From Candidatus Limadaptatus stercoravium (GTDB lineage Bacteria; Bacillota; Clostridia; Christensenellales; CAG-917), in the NCBI GenBank assembly GCA_018710835.1, contig DVJC01000006.1, positions 1 through 36,339 on the forward strand: a DNA stretch of 36,339 nt, in the 5' to 3' direction. Below, piece by piece: positions 17,491-26,828 of the stretch. A model generated the notes under the pieces. It was not told the DNA's origin. It saw only the letters and a list, made by a program, of their open reading frames with translations, and searched no databases. A program made the position numbers and the translations under genes. Position 1 is the first letter of the stretch; every line of letters starts with the position of its first letter.

Positions 17491-17519
17491 TTGACATCGC
17501 TTTTCGGATAGTGTATTAT
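17491..17519 (+). promoter_or_regulatory. Sigma-A promoter of the pur operon
   Basis: TTGACA-17 nt-TATTAT. Confidence 0.8.
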
Positions 17520-17525
17520 TAGACC

Positions 17526-17639
17526 ATGCAAACTAAGTGCGGAACGGTTTTCGTATATGTACGCGGACTTTGCGCGCCGGCACGGGCGGCAGTCGTTCGC
17601 GGAGGAAAATTCGTACGCACATGCGAGAGTTGGTCATGA
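17526..17639 (+). CDS. Candidate leaderless 37-aa leader peptide MQTKCGTVFVYVRGLCAPARAAVVRGGKFVRTCESWS
   Basis: ATG lies 6 nt after the -10 box (predicted +1); stop lies 1 nt before the attenuator hairpin. Confidence 0.4.
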   Translation: MQTKCGTVFVYVRGLCAPARAAVVRGGKFVRTCESWS

Positions 17640-17640
17640 C

Positions 17641-17671
17641 GGCAGTTTTGCGCGAGCAAACTGCCTTTTTT
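17641..17671 (+). terminator. Attenuator-type intrinsic terminator in the pur leader
   Basis: ggcagttt(t)gc-GCGA-gcaaactgcc followed by T6, ending 17 nt upstream of the purE ATG. Confidence 0.8.
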
Positions 17672-17688
17672 CAAACATCGGAGGTACT

Positions 17689-18180
17689 ATGAAAAAAATT
17701 GCGGTCATCATGGGCAGCGACAGCGATCTGCCCGTAGTGCAGAAGGCAATAGACACCGTGAGATCTTTCGGCGTTGAGTGCGAAGCGCACGTTTATTCGG
17801 CGCACCGTACGCCCGCGGAAGCGAAAGCGTTTGCCGAAAACGCGGAGAAGAACGGATTCGGAGTAATTATAGCGGCGGCAGGGAAGGCGGCGCATCTTGC
17901 CGGCGCGCTTGCCGCTTCGACCACGCTTCCTGTCATCGGGATCCCTGTCAAGAGTTCCGCGTTGGACGGGCTTGACGCGCTGCTTTCCACCGTGCAGATG
18001 CCTCCCGGAATACCCGTCGCAACCGTCGGAATAGACGGCGCGCAGAACGCCGCGCTGCTTGCTCTCGAAATCCTTGCCGTGAGCGAACCCACGCTTGCGG
18101 AGAAACTCAGGGCAAAGCGCGAAGCGGACAGACTCGCCGTCCTCGAAAAGGACAGGAAACTGAACGAAGACGTCAGGTGA
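17689..18180 (+). CDS. purE: PurE (N5-CAIR mutase/AIR carboxylase)
   Basis: [39 protein letters not shown]; start ATG 17689 after GGAGG. Confidence 0.96.
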   Translation: MKKIAVIMGSDSDLPVVQKAIDTVRSFGVECEAHVYSAHRTPAEAKAFAENAEKNGFGVIIAAAGKAAHLAGALAASTTLPVIGIPVKSSALDGLDALLSTVQMPPGIPVATVGIDGAQNAALLALEILAVSEPTLAEKLRAKREADRLAVLEKDRKLNEDVR

Positions 18181-18183
18181 ATT

Positions 18184-19218
18184 ATGGAGAAATCTTTCAG
18201 CGAAAGCTATAAGCAGGCAGGAGTGGACATCACCGCCGGTTACAGGGCGGTGGAGTTGATGAAGAAACATATCGCCCGCACGGTCACCCCCGGTGCGGCG
18301 AGCGACATCGGCGGCTTCGGCGGACTGTTCGAGCTCGATCTTACGGGAATGACGCGCCCCGTGCTCGTCAGCGGAACGGACGGTGTGGGCACGAAGCTCA
18401 AATACGCTTTCATGCTCGACAAACACGATACCATAGGCATTGACTGCGTGGCGATGTGCGTGAACGACGTCGTATGCTGCGGCGCGAAACCCCTCTTTTT
18501 CCTGGACTATATCGCGTGCGGCAAAAACGTGCCCGAACGCATAGCGTCCATAGTGTCGGGCGTGGCGGAAGGCTGCGTGCAGGCGGGCGCGGCTCTCATC
18601 GGCGGCGAGACCGCGGAAATGCCGGGGTTTTATCCGGAGGACGAGTACGACCTCGCGGGTTTTGCTGTCGGTGCGGTGGACCGCGCAAAAGTGCTGGACA
18701 ACTCCAAGGTTAAGGAGGGGGACGCGGTCATCGCGCTGCCGTCGTCCGGCGTGCATTCCAACGGCTTCTCCCTCGTGCGCAAGATCTTTGCGGAGAAGGA
18801 TATTACATCACCGCGTGAAGAGTTCGGCGGAAGGAGCCTCGGAGAGGTGCTGCTCACTCCCACCAGGATATACGTAAAGCCCATGCTCGCGCTGTTTGAA
18901 AAGGTCACCGTCAAGGCGGTGTCGCACATCACCGGCGGCGGATTTTACGAGAACATACCGCGCAGTATTCCCAAGGGGCTCGGCGCGAAGATAGAAAAGA
19001 GCGCGCTGCGCGTGCTCCCGGTGTTCGACCTCATCGCAAAAGAGGGGAACGTCCCGGAAAGGGATATGTTCAACACCTTCAACATGGGCGTCGGCATGAG
19101 CGTCGTAGTCGCCGCGGAGGATGCGGACGAAGCGCTCGGCGTGCTGAAAGCCGCCGGGGAGGACGCCTACGTCATAGGGGAGATCGTGCGCTCCGACGAC
19201 GGAGTGGTCATCTGCTGA
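18184..19218 (+). CDS. purM: AIR synthetase
   Basis: [55 protein letters not shown]. Confidence 0.97.
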   Translation: MEKSFSESYKQAGVDITAGYRAVELMKKHIARTVTPGAASDIGGFGGLFELDLTGMTRPVLVSGTDGVGTKLKYAFMLDKHDTIGIDCVAMCVNDVVCCGAKPLFFLDYIACGKNVPERIASIVSGVAEGCVQAGAALIGGETAEMPGFYPEDEYDLAGFAVGAVDRAKVLDNSKVKEGDAVIALPSSGVHSNGFSLVRKIFAEKDITSPREEFGGRSLGEVLLTPTRIYVKPMLALFEKVTVKAVSHITGGGFYENIPRSIPKGLGAKIEKSALRVLPVFDLIAKEGNVPERDMFNTFNMGVGMSVVVAAEDADEALGVLKAAGEDAYVIGEIVRSDDGVVIC

Positions 19219-19219
19219 T

Positions 19220-19837
19220 ATGGACAAGATAGCGGTGGCTGTGCTGGTGTCGGGCGGCGGCACCAATCTTCAGGCGATACTCGACGCGGAAAGAAGAGGA
19301 GAACTTTCGCATGCGGAAGTGAAAGTCGTCGTTTCCAGCCGCGCGGACGCATACGCTCTCGAACGCGCAAGGGCGGCGGGAGTCGAGGCGGTGGCGGTGG
19401 AGCGCGGCAAGTGCGCTTCGCAGGAGGAGTTCGAGGACGGGATAGAGCGTGCGATAAAGAACGCCGGCGCGGAGATAATCGTGCTCGCCGGGTTCATGAG
19501 CATATTGTCGGAGAGGTTCACTTCCCGTTACCCGGAGAGGATAATCAACGTGCACCCGTCGCTGATACCTAAATTCTGCGGCAAGGGGTTTTACGGGCTG
19601 AAAGTGCACGAGGCGGTGCTCGCCGCCGGCGAAAAGACGACGGGCGCGACGGTGCATTACGTCAACGAGATCCCGGACGGCGGAGAGATCATTTTTCAGA
19701 AGGAAGTTGCGGTGAAGGAGGGCGATACGCCCGAAACGCTGCAGAAAAGAGTCATGCAGGAGGCGGAATGGCAGCTGCTGCCGCGCGCCGTCGAGCTTAC
19801 GGCGGAAAGGATCGCGGCGGAGCGCTCCGCGAAGTGA
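19220..19837 (+). CDS. purN: GAR transformylase
   Basis: VSGGGTNLQA, LAGFM, INVHPSL, GATVHYV. Confidence 0.96.
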   Translation: MDKIAVAVLVSGGGTNLQAILDAERRGELSHAEVKVVVSSRADAYALERARAAGVEAVAVERGKCASQEEFEDGIERAIKNAGAEIIVLAGFMSILSERFTSRYPERIINVHPSLIPKFCGKGFYGLKVHEAVLAAGEKTTGATVHYVNEIPDGGEIIFQKEVAVKEGDTPETLQKRVMQEAEWQLLPRAVELTAERIAAERSAK

Positions 19838-19847
19838 GGAGATACAA

Positions 19848-20567
19848 ATGAGCATTTACGACATCAAAGACCTGAACGCCGTACTCGGCGCGAATTCCTA
19901 TCCCGGCAGGGGTATTGTCATAGGCAAGACCGCGGACGGCAGGCATGCCGCTTTCGCGTACTTCATCATGGGCAGGAGCGAGAACAGCCGCAACCGCGTC
20001 TTTGTGGAAAAGGAGAACGAGCTTGTCATCTATCCTTTCGACGAGAGCAAGGTGGAAGATCCTTCCCTCATCATCTATTCGCCCGTCAAGCGCGTGTGGA
20101 ACAAGTGGATAGTCACCAACGGCGACCAGACCGACACCGTAGAGGCGGCGCTGCTTGCCGGCGACAGCTTCGAAAGCGCGCTGGAAAAGCGCGAGTTCGA
20201 GCCGGACGCGCCCAATTTCACACCGCGCATAAGCGGACTCATCGACCTTGAGGGCAGGTTCCGCTACAAGCTCTCCATCCTCAAGAGTGCGGACGAAAAG
20301 GGGAGCGCGTGCAACCGCTTCTCTTTCTCCTACGAGCCTGTAGACGGACTCGGACATTTTATCCATACATACGAGCACGACGGCAATCCCATTCCTACTT
20401 TCACGGGAGAGCCGGAGAGGGTGGCTGTGGGCTCCGACCTTGCGGCGTTCGCCGACGGTATATGGGACAGCCTGAACGCGGACAACAAGATCGCGCTTTA
20501 CGCAGGCTTTATCGACCTCAAGACTTACAGAGTGAAAACCGCGCTCTTCAACAAACACGTCAAATAA
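19848..20567 (+). CDS. purO: PurO-like stand-alone IMP cyclohydrolase
   Basis: YPGRGIV, YFIMGRS.NSRNR, VTNGDQTD, FEPDAPNFTPRISG, IHTY; located before a PurH lacking its IMPCH domain. Confidence 0.8.
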   Translation: MSIYDIKDLNAVLGANSYPGRGIVIGKTADGRHAAFAYFIMGRSENSRNRVFVEKENELVIYPFDESKVEDPSLIIYSPVKRVWNKWIVTNGDQTDTVEAALLAGDSFESALEKREFEPDAPNFTPRISGLIDLEGRFRYKLSILKSADEKGSACNRFSFSYEPVDGLGHFIHTYEHDGNPIPTFTGEPERVAVGSDLAAFADGIWDSLNADNKIALYAGFIDLKTYRVKTALFNKHVK

Positions 20568-20576
20568 GGAGAGGAT

Positions 20577-21758
20577 ATGAAAGAATTCGAGCTGAAATAC
20601 GGCTGCAACCCCAATCAGAAACCCGCGCGTATATATATGGAAAACGGCGGCGATCTGCCCGTGGAGATCCTGAACGGCAGACCGGGATACATCAATTTCC
20701 TCGACGCATTCAACAGCTGGCAGCTGGTCAAGGAACTTAAAGCGGCGACGGGGGAGTGCTGTGCGACTTCGTTCAAACACGTCAGCCCGACTTCGGCTGC
20801 GCTCGGAAGAGTGCTGGACGAGAGGCTTAAGAAGGCGTGCTTCGTCGACGACATCGAAGGTCTGGACGACAGTCCCGTAGCCTCAGCGTACGCAAGGGCG
20901 CGCGGCACGGACAGGATGTCGTCGTTCGGCGACTGGATCGCGCTCTCCGACGAGTGCGACGCGACGTGCGCGAAGATAGTCGCGCGCGAAGTGTCCGACG
21001 GCATTATCGCCCCCGCGTACACTCCCGAAGCGCTCGAAATACTGAAAAGCAAGCGCAAAGGCGCATACAACATCGTCAAGGTGGATCCGCTCTACACCCC
21101 CGCACCCGTGGAGCATAAGCAGGTGTTCGGAGTGACATTCGAGCAGGGCAGGAACGATTTCGAGATCAACCGCGCGCTGCTCGGCAACGTAGTGACAGAG
21201 AAGAAGATACCGCATTCTGCCGAAACGGACCTCATCGTCGCTCTCATCACCTTGAAATACACGCAGTCCAATTCGGTGGCGTTCGCCGCCGACGGACAGG
21301 CGATAGGCGTGGGCGCCGGACAGCAGTCAAGGATACACTGCACGCGCCTTGCCGGACAGAAAGCGGATCTGTGGCATCTCAGACAGCACGATAAAGTGCT
21401 CGGTCTGCAATTTGCGGAAGGAATAGGCAGACCGGAAAAGAACAATATCATAGACATCTACCTCTCCGACGAGTGCGGTGACGTCATAGGCGGGGACGTG
21501 TGGCGGAAGTATTTCGCGGTGCGCCCCGAGGAGTTCACACGAGAGGAGAAGAGGGCGTACCTCGACACCCTCACGGGAGTGTCCCTCGGCTCGGACGCGT
21601 TCTTCCCCTTCGACGACAATATCGTTCGCGCGCGCAAGAGCGGCGTGTCCTATGTCGCCGAGCCGGGCGGCTCGGTGCGCGACGACATCGTCATCGACAC
21701 GTGCAACAAACTCGGCATAGCGATGGCGTTCACGGGCATGAGATTGTTCCACCACTGA
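20577..21758 (+). CDS. purH: AICAR transformylase, monofunctional PurH C-terminal domain only
   Basis: Begins directly at LKYGCNPNQ; SFKH, SSFGD, KYTQSN, GAGQQSR, SDAFFPF, PGGSVRD, RLFHH. Confidence 0.92.
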   Translation: MKEFELKYGCNPNQKPARIYMENGGDLPVEILNGRPGYINFLDAFNSWQLVKELKAATGECCATSFKHVSPTSAALGRVLDERLKKACFVDDIEGLDDSPVASAYARARGTDRMSSFGDWIALSDECDATCAKIVAREVSDGIIAPAYTPEALEILKSKRKGAYNIVKVDPLYTPAPVEHKQVFGVTFEQGRNDFEINRALLGNVVTEKKIPHSAETDLIVALITLKYTQSNSVAFAADGQAIGVGAGQQSRIHCTRLAGQKADLWHLRQHDKVLGLQFAEGIGRPEKNNIIDIYLSDECGDVIGGDVWRKYFAVRPEEFTREEKRAYLDTLTGVSLGSDAFFPFDDNIVRARKSGVSYVAEPGGSVRDDIVIDTCNKLGIAMAFTGMRLFHH

Positions 21759-21767
21759 GAGGGTAAC

Positions 21768-23039
21768 ATGAAGATTCTGGTTGTAGGCTCCGGCGGCAGA
21801 GAGCATGCGGTAATCAAAGCACTGAAGAAGAATCCGGCGGCGGAAGTCATCTACGCGCTTCCCGGCAACGGCGGCATCGCCGCGGACGCGGTGTGTGTGC
21901 CCGTAGGTGCTAAGGACATCGCCGGCATAACTGCGTTCGCAAAGGAAAACGGCATAGATTACGCCGTCGTCGCCCCCGACGATCCGCTCGTACTTGGCGC
22001 GGTGGACGCGCTGGAAGAGGTCGGCGTGCCGTGCTTCGGTCCGCGTAAAAACGCGGCGATAATCGAAGGCAGCAAAGCGTTTGCCAAAGAGCTGATGAAA
22101 AAATACGGTATTCCCACCGCCCGTTACGAAACTTTCGACAGCGCGGAGAAGGCGGAGAGTTACATCGACTCGCTGCCGGAGGGGAACATCGTCGTCAAGG
22201 CGGACGGACTCGCGCTCGGCAAGGGCGTCATCATTGCCGAGAGCCGCGAAGAGGCAAAGACGGCGGTGCGCGAAATGATGCTGGACGGCAAGTTCGGCGC
22301 GAGCGGACGCCGCGTAGTCATAGAGGAGTTCCTCACAGGACCCGAAGTATCCGTGCTGTCGTTTACGGACGGAGAGAGTGTTGTGCCCATGATTTCAAGC
22401 ATGGATCACAAGCGCGCGCACGACGGCGACGAGGGGCTCAACACAGGCGGCATGGGAGTCGTCGCTCCCAATCCTTATTACACCCCCGACATCGCCGCGG
22501 AGTGCATGGAGAGGATATTCCTGCCCACCGTCCGCGCCATGAAAACGGAGGGGCGCACTTTCAGGGGCTGTCTTTATTTCGGGCTGATGCTCACGCCGGA
22601 CGGACCGAAGGTGATAGAGTACAACTGCCGTTTCGGCGATCCCGAAACACAGGCGGTGCTGCCGCTTCTCGAATCGGATCTGCTGGACATCATGCTCGCA
22701 TGCACGGAGGGCAGGCTCAGGGACGCGGACGTGCGTTTCTCCGACAAGTGCTCCTGCTGCGTGGTGAAAGCGTCGCGCGGCTATCCCGAAAAGTACGACA
22801 CGGGATACGAGATAACCGTTGACGGCAAGCCCGACGCGGAGATTTACATCGCCGGGGCGAAACTTGAGGACGGCAGACTCCTGACATCGGGCGGCAGAGT
22901 GCTCGGCGTGACCGCGGTGGCGGACACTCTCGCGGAGGCGGTGCAAAAGGCTTACCGCGAAGCTGCTAAGGCGCACTTCGGGAACGAGTTTTTCCGCCGC
23001 GACATAGGAGCGCGCGCACTTGCAGCAAACAAGCGGTAA
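21768..23039 (+). CDS. purD: GAR synthetase
   Basis: GSGGREHA, EGSKAFAK, KADGLALGKGV, DHKR, NTGGMG, EYNCRFGDPE. Confidence 0.97.
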   Translation: MKILVVGSGGREHAVIKALKKNPAAEVIYALPGNGGIAADAVCVPVGAKDIAGITAFAKENGIDYAVVAPDDPLVLGAVDALEEVGVPCFGPRKNAAIIEGSKAFAKELMKKYGIPTARYETFDSAEKAESYIDSLPEGNIVVKADGLALGKGVIIAESREEAKTAVREMMLDGKFGASGRRVVIEEFLTGPEVSVLSFTDGESVVPMISSMDHKRAHDGDEGLNTGGMGVVAPNPYYTPDIAAECMERIFLPTVRAMKTEGRTFRGCLYFGLMLTPDGPKVIEYNCRFGDPETQAVLPLLESDLLDIMLACTEGRLRDADVRFSDKCSCCVVKASRGYPEKYDTGYEITVDGKPDAEIYIAGAKLEDGRLLTSGGRVLGVTAVADTLAEAVQKAYREAAKAHFGNEFFRRDIGARALAANKR

Positions 23040-23096
23040 GATATACGAAACGATAGATAAAACGCGTTTACGCGCATTTGGCGCGGCGGAGGTAAT

Positions 23097-26000
23097 ATGG
23101 TAAACAGACTGTTTGTCGAAAAGAAGGAGAGTCTTGCCTCGGAGGCGCGCGCGCTGTTCGGCGAGGCTGTGAACATGCTCGGCGTGCGCGGACTTACGCG
23201 CGTCAGAGTGATCAACCGCTACGACGTGGAGGGCGCGGAAGGCGGGCTCATGGAGTATGCGGAGCGCAATATTTTCTCCGAGCCGCAGCTTGACGACGTG
23301 AGCGGCACGCTGGAGTGCGAAGGCGCCGCGGCGGTGTTCGGCGTGGAGCCGCTGCCCGGTCAGTTCGATCAGCGCGCGGACTCGGCGGCACAGTGCATAC
23401 AGCTCGTGTCGCAGGGCGAGAAGCCCGTCGTGCGCACGGCGAAGTTCTACGTGCTGTACGGCGACGTGAGCGCGGAAGACATCGCTAAGATAAAGAAATT
23501 CGTCATCAATCCCGTGGAATGCAGGGAGGCGGATTTCGCACTGCCGGACACTCTCCGCACGGAGTATCCCGAACCGCACGAAGTGGAGATCCTCACAGGG
23601 TTCATAAATATGGACGGGGAGGAACTCGCCGGATTCGTGAAGAAGTACGGGCTTGCCATGGACGCGGACGACGTGAAATTCTGCCGCGACTATTTCGCTT
23701 CCGAAAAGAGAGATCCGACGCTCACGGAAGTGCGCATGATAGACACTTACTGGTCGGATCACTGCCGCCACACGACATTCCTCACCACCATTGACAAAGC
23801 GGAGTTCGAGGACGCCGAGGTGCAGGCGGCATGGGAGGAATATCTCGCCGCGCGCAGGACGCTCGGACGAGAGCATAAGCCGGTCAACCTCATGGACATT
23901 GCGACGATCGCGGCGAAACTTCTGCGCAGACAGGGGAAACTTCCCGCGCTCGACGAGTCGGACGAGATCAACGCGTGCACGGTGAAGATAAAAGTGAACG
24001 TGGACGGGAAGGACGAGGACTGGCTCCTGCTGTTCAAGAACGAAACGCACAACCACCCCACGGAGATAGAGCCTTTCGGCGGCGCGGCTACCTGCATAGG
24101 CGGCGCGATACGCGATCCGCTCTCCGGCAGGGCGTACGTATATTCGGCCATGCGCGTGACGGGCGCGGGCGATCCTCTCACTCCCGTGGAGGACACTCTG
24201 CCAGGCAAACTGCCGCAGAAGAAGATCGTGACTACCGCGGCTGCGGGGTACAGCTCCTACGGCAACCAGATCGGGCTTGCCACCGGCATCGTGGACGAGA
24301 TCTACCACCCCGGTTACGTCGCCAAGCGTCTTGAGATAGGCGCGGTGACGGGCGCGGCTCCCGCGCGCAACGTGGTGCGCGAAGTGCCCGCTCCCGGCGA
24401 TGTGGTCATATTGCTGGGCGGCAGGACGGGGCGCGACGGCTGCGGCGGCGCGACGGGATCATCCAAAGCGCACAGCGCCGAGTCGCTTTCGACATGCGGT
24501 GCGGAAGTGCAGAAGGGCAACGCTCCCGAGGAGCGCAAGCTGCAGAGGCTGTTCCGCAATCCCGAGGCGTCGCTCCTCATCAAACGGTGCAACGATTTCG
24601 GCGCGGGCGGCGTGTCCGTGGCGATAGGCGAGCTGGCGGACGGGCTGTTCATCGACCTCAACGCCGTGCCCAAGAAGTACGAAGGACTTGACGGCACGGA
24701 GCTCGCCATCAGCGAATCGCAGGAGAGAATGGCGGTGGTGGTCGCGCCTGAGAATGCGGAGAAATTCCGTGCGCTCGCAAGCGCGGAGAGCCTCGAAGCG
24801 ACCGTCGTCGCAAAAGTGACCGAAGAGCCGCGGCTCAGGATGCGGTGGAACGGGAAGATCATCGTGGACATCTCGCGCGAATTCCTCAACTCCAACGGCG
24901 CGGAAAAGCACGCCGAGGCGCGGCAGAAGAAGGCGGGCAGTCTGAAAAAAGAGATCCCGACAAACTTCGCGGAGGGTATGAAGCAACTCGTCGGCGACCT
25001 CAACGTGTGCTCCAAGCGCGGACTGTCCGAACGCTTTGACAGCACCATAGGCGCAGGTACGGTGATGATGCCGTTCGGCGGCAGAAATCAGCTCACTCCC
25101 ATACAGTGCATGGTGAACAAGGTTTCGGTGGAAAAAGGCGAAACAGACACTTGTTCGCTCATGTCATGGGGTTTTAACCCCTATATCAGCGAAAAGAGTC
25201 CCTTCCACGGCGCGTATCTCGCGGTGGTAGAGAGCGTGGCGAAACTCGTGTGCGCCGGTGCTTCGACGGATGAAGTCTGGCTCACTTTCCAGGAATATTT
25301 CGAGAAGCCGATGGGTGTGCCGGAGCGCTGGGGCAAGCCGCTTGCGGCGCTGCTCGGCGCGTTCCGCGCGCAGCTTGATCTCGGCATGGGCGCGATAGGC
25401 GGCAAGGACAGCATGAGCGGCACATTCGAGCACATCGATGTGCCTCCCACGCTCGTGTCCTTCGCGGTCACGACGGAGAGAGCGTCGGACGCGGTGTCGG
25501 CGGAGTTCAAGCGCGCCGGCAGCGAGGTCAGACTGCTTGAATGCGAATACGGCGCCGACGGGCTTCCCGTAGCGGCGAGTTTTCTCGCAAACGCGGCGAA
25601 AGTGCACGCGCTCATGCGCGAAGGCAAGGTCGTTTCGGCATATACGCCCGGCTTCGGCGGAGTGGCGGAGGCGGTGTTCAAGTGCGCGATAGGCAACGGG
25701 TTCGGATTCGCGTTTGCGGACGGCGTTACGCTCGACGACGTTTTCGGATATAAGTACGGCGCGTTCGTGCTCGAATGCGCGGACGGCGTCGACGTCGGGA
25801 GGAAACTCGGCACCGTAACCGCGGAGAGAGCGTTCGTGCTCGGCGGCTGTAAAGCGGGTGCGGAGGAGCTGCTTTCTCTCTACGAGAACAAGCTGGAAAG
25901 CGTGTATTCCTGCAACATCGCGCAATCCGGATACGCGCACAAAGCGACATACACCGCGGGCAAGGCGCAGAGGAGCGCGGAGAAGTTCGCCGCTCCCAGA

Positions 26001-26789
26001 ATGCTCATCCCTGTGTTCCCCGGTACGAACTGCGAATACGACACCGCAAAGGCGGCGCGCCGCGCGGGGATAGTGCCGGAGATCTTCGTCATCAACAATC
26101 TTACGCCTTCCGCCGTTGCGGAATCGGCGGAGAAATTCGCCGATCTCATACGCGGAGCGCAGATGATATTCATTCCCGGCGGCTTTTCGGGCGGCGACGA
26201 GCCGGACGGCAGCGGCAAGTTCATCACGTCTTTCTTCCGCGGAGCAAGAGTCGCGGACGCGGTGAGGGATCTGCTCAAACGCCGCGACGGACTCATGGCT
26301 GGCATATGCAACGGCTTCCAGGCGCTCATCAAGCTCGGTCTGGTCACGCACGGCGACATAGTGGACGCGGCGGCGGACTATCCCACGCTCACTTACAACA
26401 CCATCGCGCGGCACCAGTCCATGATCGTGCGCACGCGCGTGTGTTCAAATCTTTCTCCGTGGCTGTCCGGCATGACGCCGGGCGACATCGTGAACGTGCC
26501 CGTGTCCCACGGCGAGGGCAGGTTCATGGCGACTCCGGAGTGGCTGGACAAGCTTGAGAAGAACGGGCAGATCGCGACGCAGTACGTCGATCTTTCCGGC
26601 GAGCCGACATTCGACGTCGCCTTCAACCCCAACGGGAGCGATATGGCGATAGAGGGCATCACTTCGCCGGACGGCAGGGTGCTGGGCAAAATGGGACACA
26701 GCGAGCGCGTGGACGACGGACTTTACGTCAATGTGCCCGGCAACTACGACATCAGACTCTTCGAGTCGGCGGCGGCGTATTTCGCGTGA
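23097..26789 (+). CDS. purL: Large fused FGAM synthase (clostridial type)
   Basis: YWSDHCRH, KNETHNHP, DFGAGG, SESQERM, GGKDSMS, glutaminase GICNGFQ and MGHSER. Confidence 0.96.
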   Translation: MVNRLFVEKKESLASEARALFGEAVNMLGVRGLTRVRVINRYDVEGAEGGLMEYAERNIFSEPQLDDVSGTLECEGAAAVFGVEPLPGQFDQRADSAAQCIQLVSQGEKPVVRTAKFYVLYGDVSAEDIAKIKKFVINPVECREADFALPDTLRTEYPEPHEVEILTGFINMDGEELAGFVKKYGLAMDADDVKFCRDYFASEKRDPTLTEVRMIDTYWSDHCRHTTFLTTIDKAEFEDAEVQAAWEEYLAARRTLGREHKPVNLMDIATIAAKLLRRQGKLPALDESDEINACTVKIKVNVDGKDEDWLLLFKNETHNHPTEIEPFGGAATCIGGAIRDPLSGRAYVYSAMRVTGAGDPLTPVEDTLPGKLPQKKIVTTAAAGYSSYGNQIGLATGIVDEIYHPGYVAKRLEIGAVTGAAPARNVVREVPAPGDVVILLGGRTGRDGCGGATGSSKAHSAESLSTCGAEVQKGNAPEERKLQRLFRNPEASLLIKRCNDFGAGGVSVAIGELADGLFIDLNAVPKKYEGLDGTELAISESQERMAVVVAPENAEKFRALASAESLEATVVAKVTEEPRLRMRWNGKIIVDISREFLNSNGAEKHAEARQKKAGSLKKEIPTNFAEGMKQLVGDLNVCSKRGLSERFDSTIGAGTVMMPFGGRNQLTPIQCMVNKVSVEKGETDTCSLMSWGFNPYISEKSPFHGAYLAVVESVAKLVCAGASTDEVWLTFQEYFEKPMGVPERWGKPLAALLGAFRAQLDLGMGAIGGKDSMSGTFEHIDVPPTLVSFAVTTERASDAVSAEFKRAGSEVRLLECEYGADGLPVAASFLANAAKVHALMREGKVVSAYTPGFGGVAEAVFKCAIGNGFGFAFADGVTLDDVFGYKYGAFVLECADGVDVGRKLGTVTAERAFVLGGCKAGAEELLSLYENKLESVYSCNIAQSGYAHKATYTAGKAQRSAEKFAAPRMLIPVFPGTNCEYDTAKAARRAGIVPEIFVINNLTPSAVAESAEKFADLIRGAQMIFIPGGFSGGDEPDGSGKFITSFFRGARVADAVRDLLKRRDGLMAGICNGFQALIKLGLVTHGDIVDAAADYPTLTYNTIARHQSMIVRTRVCSNLSPWLSGMTPGDIVNVPVSHGEGRFMATPEWLDKLEKNGQIATQYVDLSGEPTFDVAFNPNGSDMAIEGITSPDGRVLGKMGHSERVDDGLYVNVPGNYDIRLFESAAAYFA

Positions 26790-26828
26790 GCCGCGCAACA
26801 GAAAGGATAAATTTACGGAGATAAAATT

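Noticed and set aside
17526-17640. Canonical guanine, ZTP (pfl), ykkC/PRPP riboswitch or T-box
   Set aside because: Could not find UAUGG/GUUUCUAC/CCGUAAA, GACUGGCG...CGCCUGGGC, CUAGGGUUCCG or GGUGGUACCGCG cores by eye; cmscan is needed to be certain
17557-17688. N-terminal extension of PurE given in the ORF track
   Set aside because: It runs through the leader terminator; PurE homology and the RBS point to ATG 17689
22395-24308. Long antisense ORFs (this 637-aa one, and 6110-7723, 1021-2364, 4115-5482, 32903-34159)
   Set aside because: Shadow ORFs expected from high GC3 codon bias opposite conserved genes; no motifs
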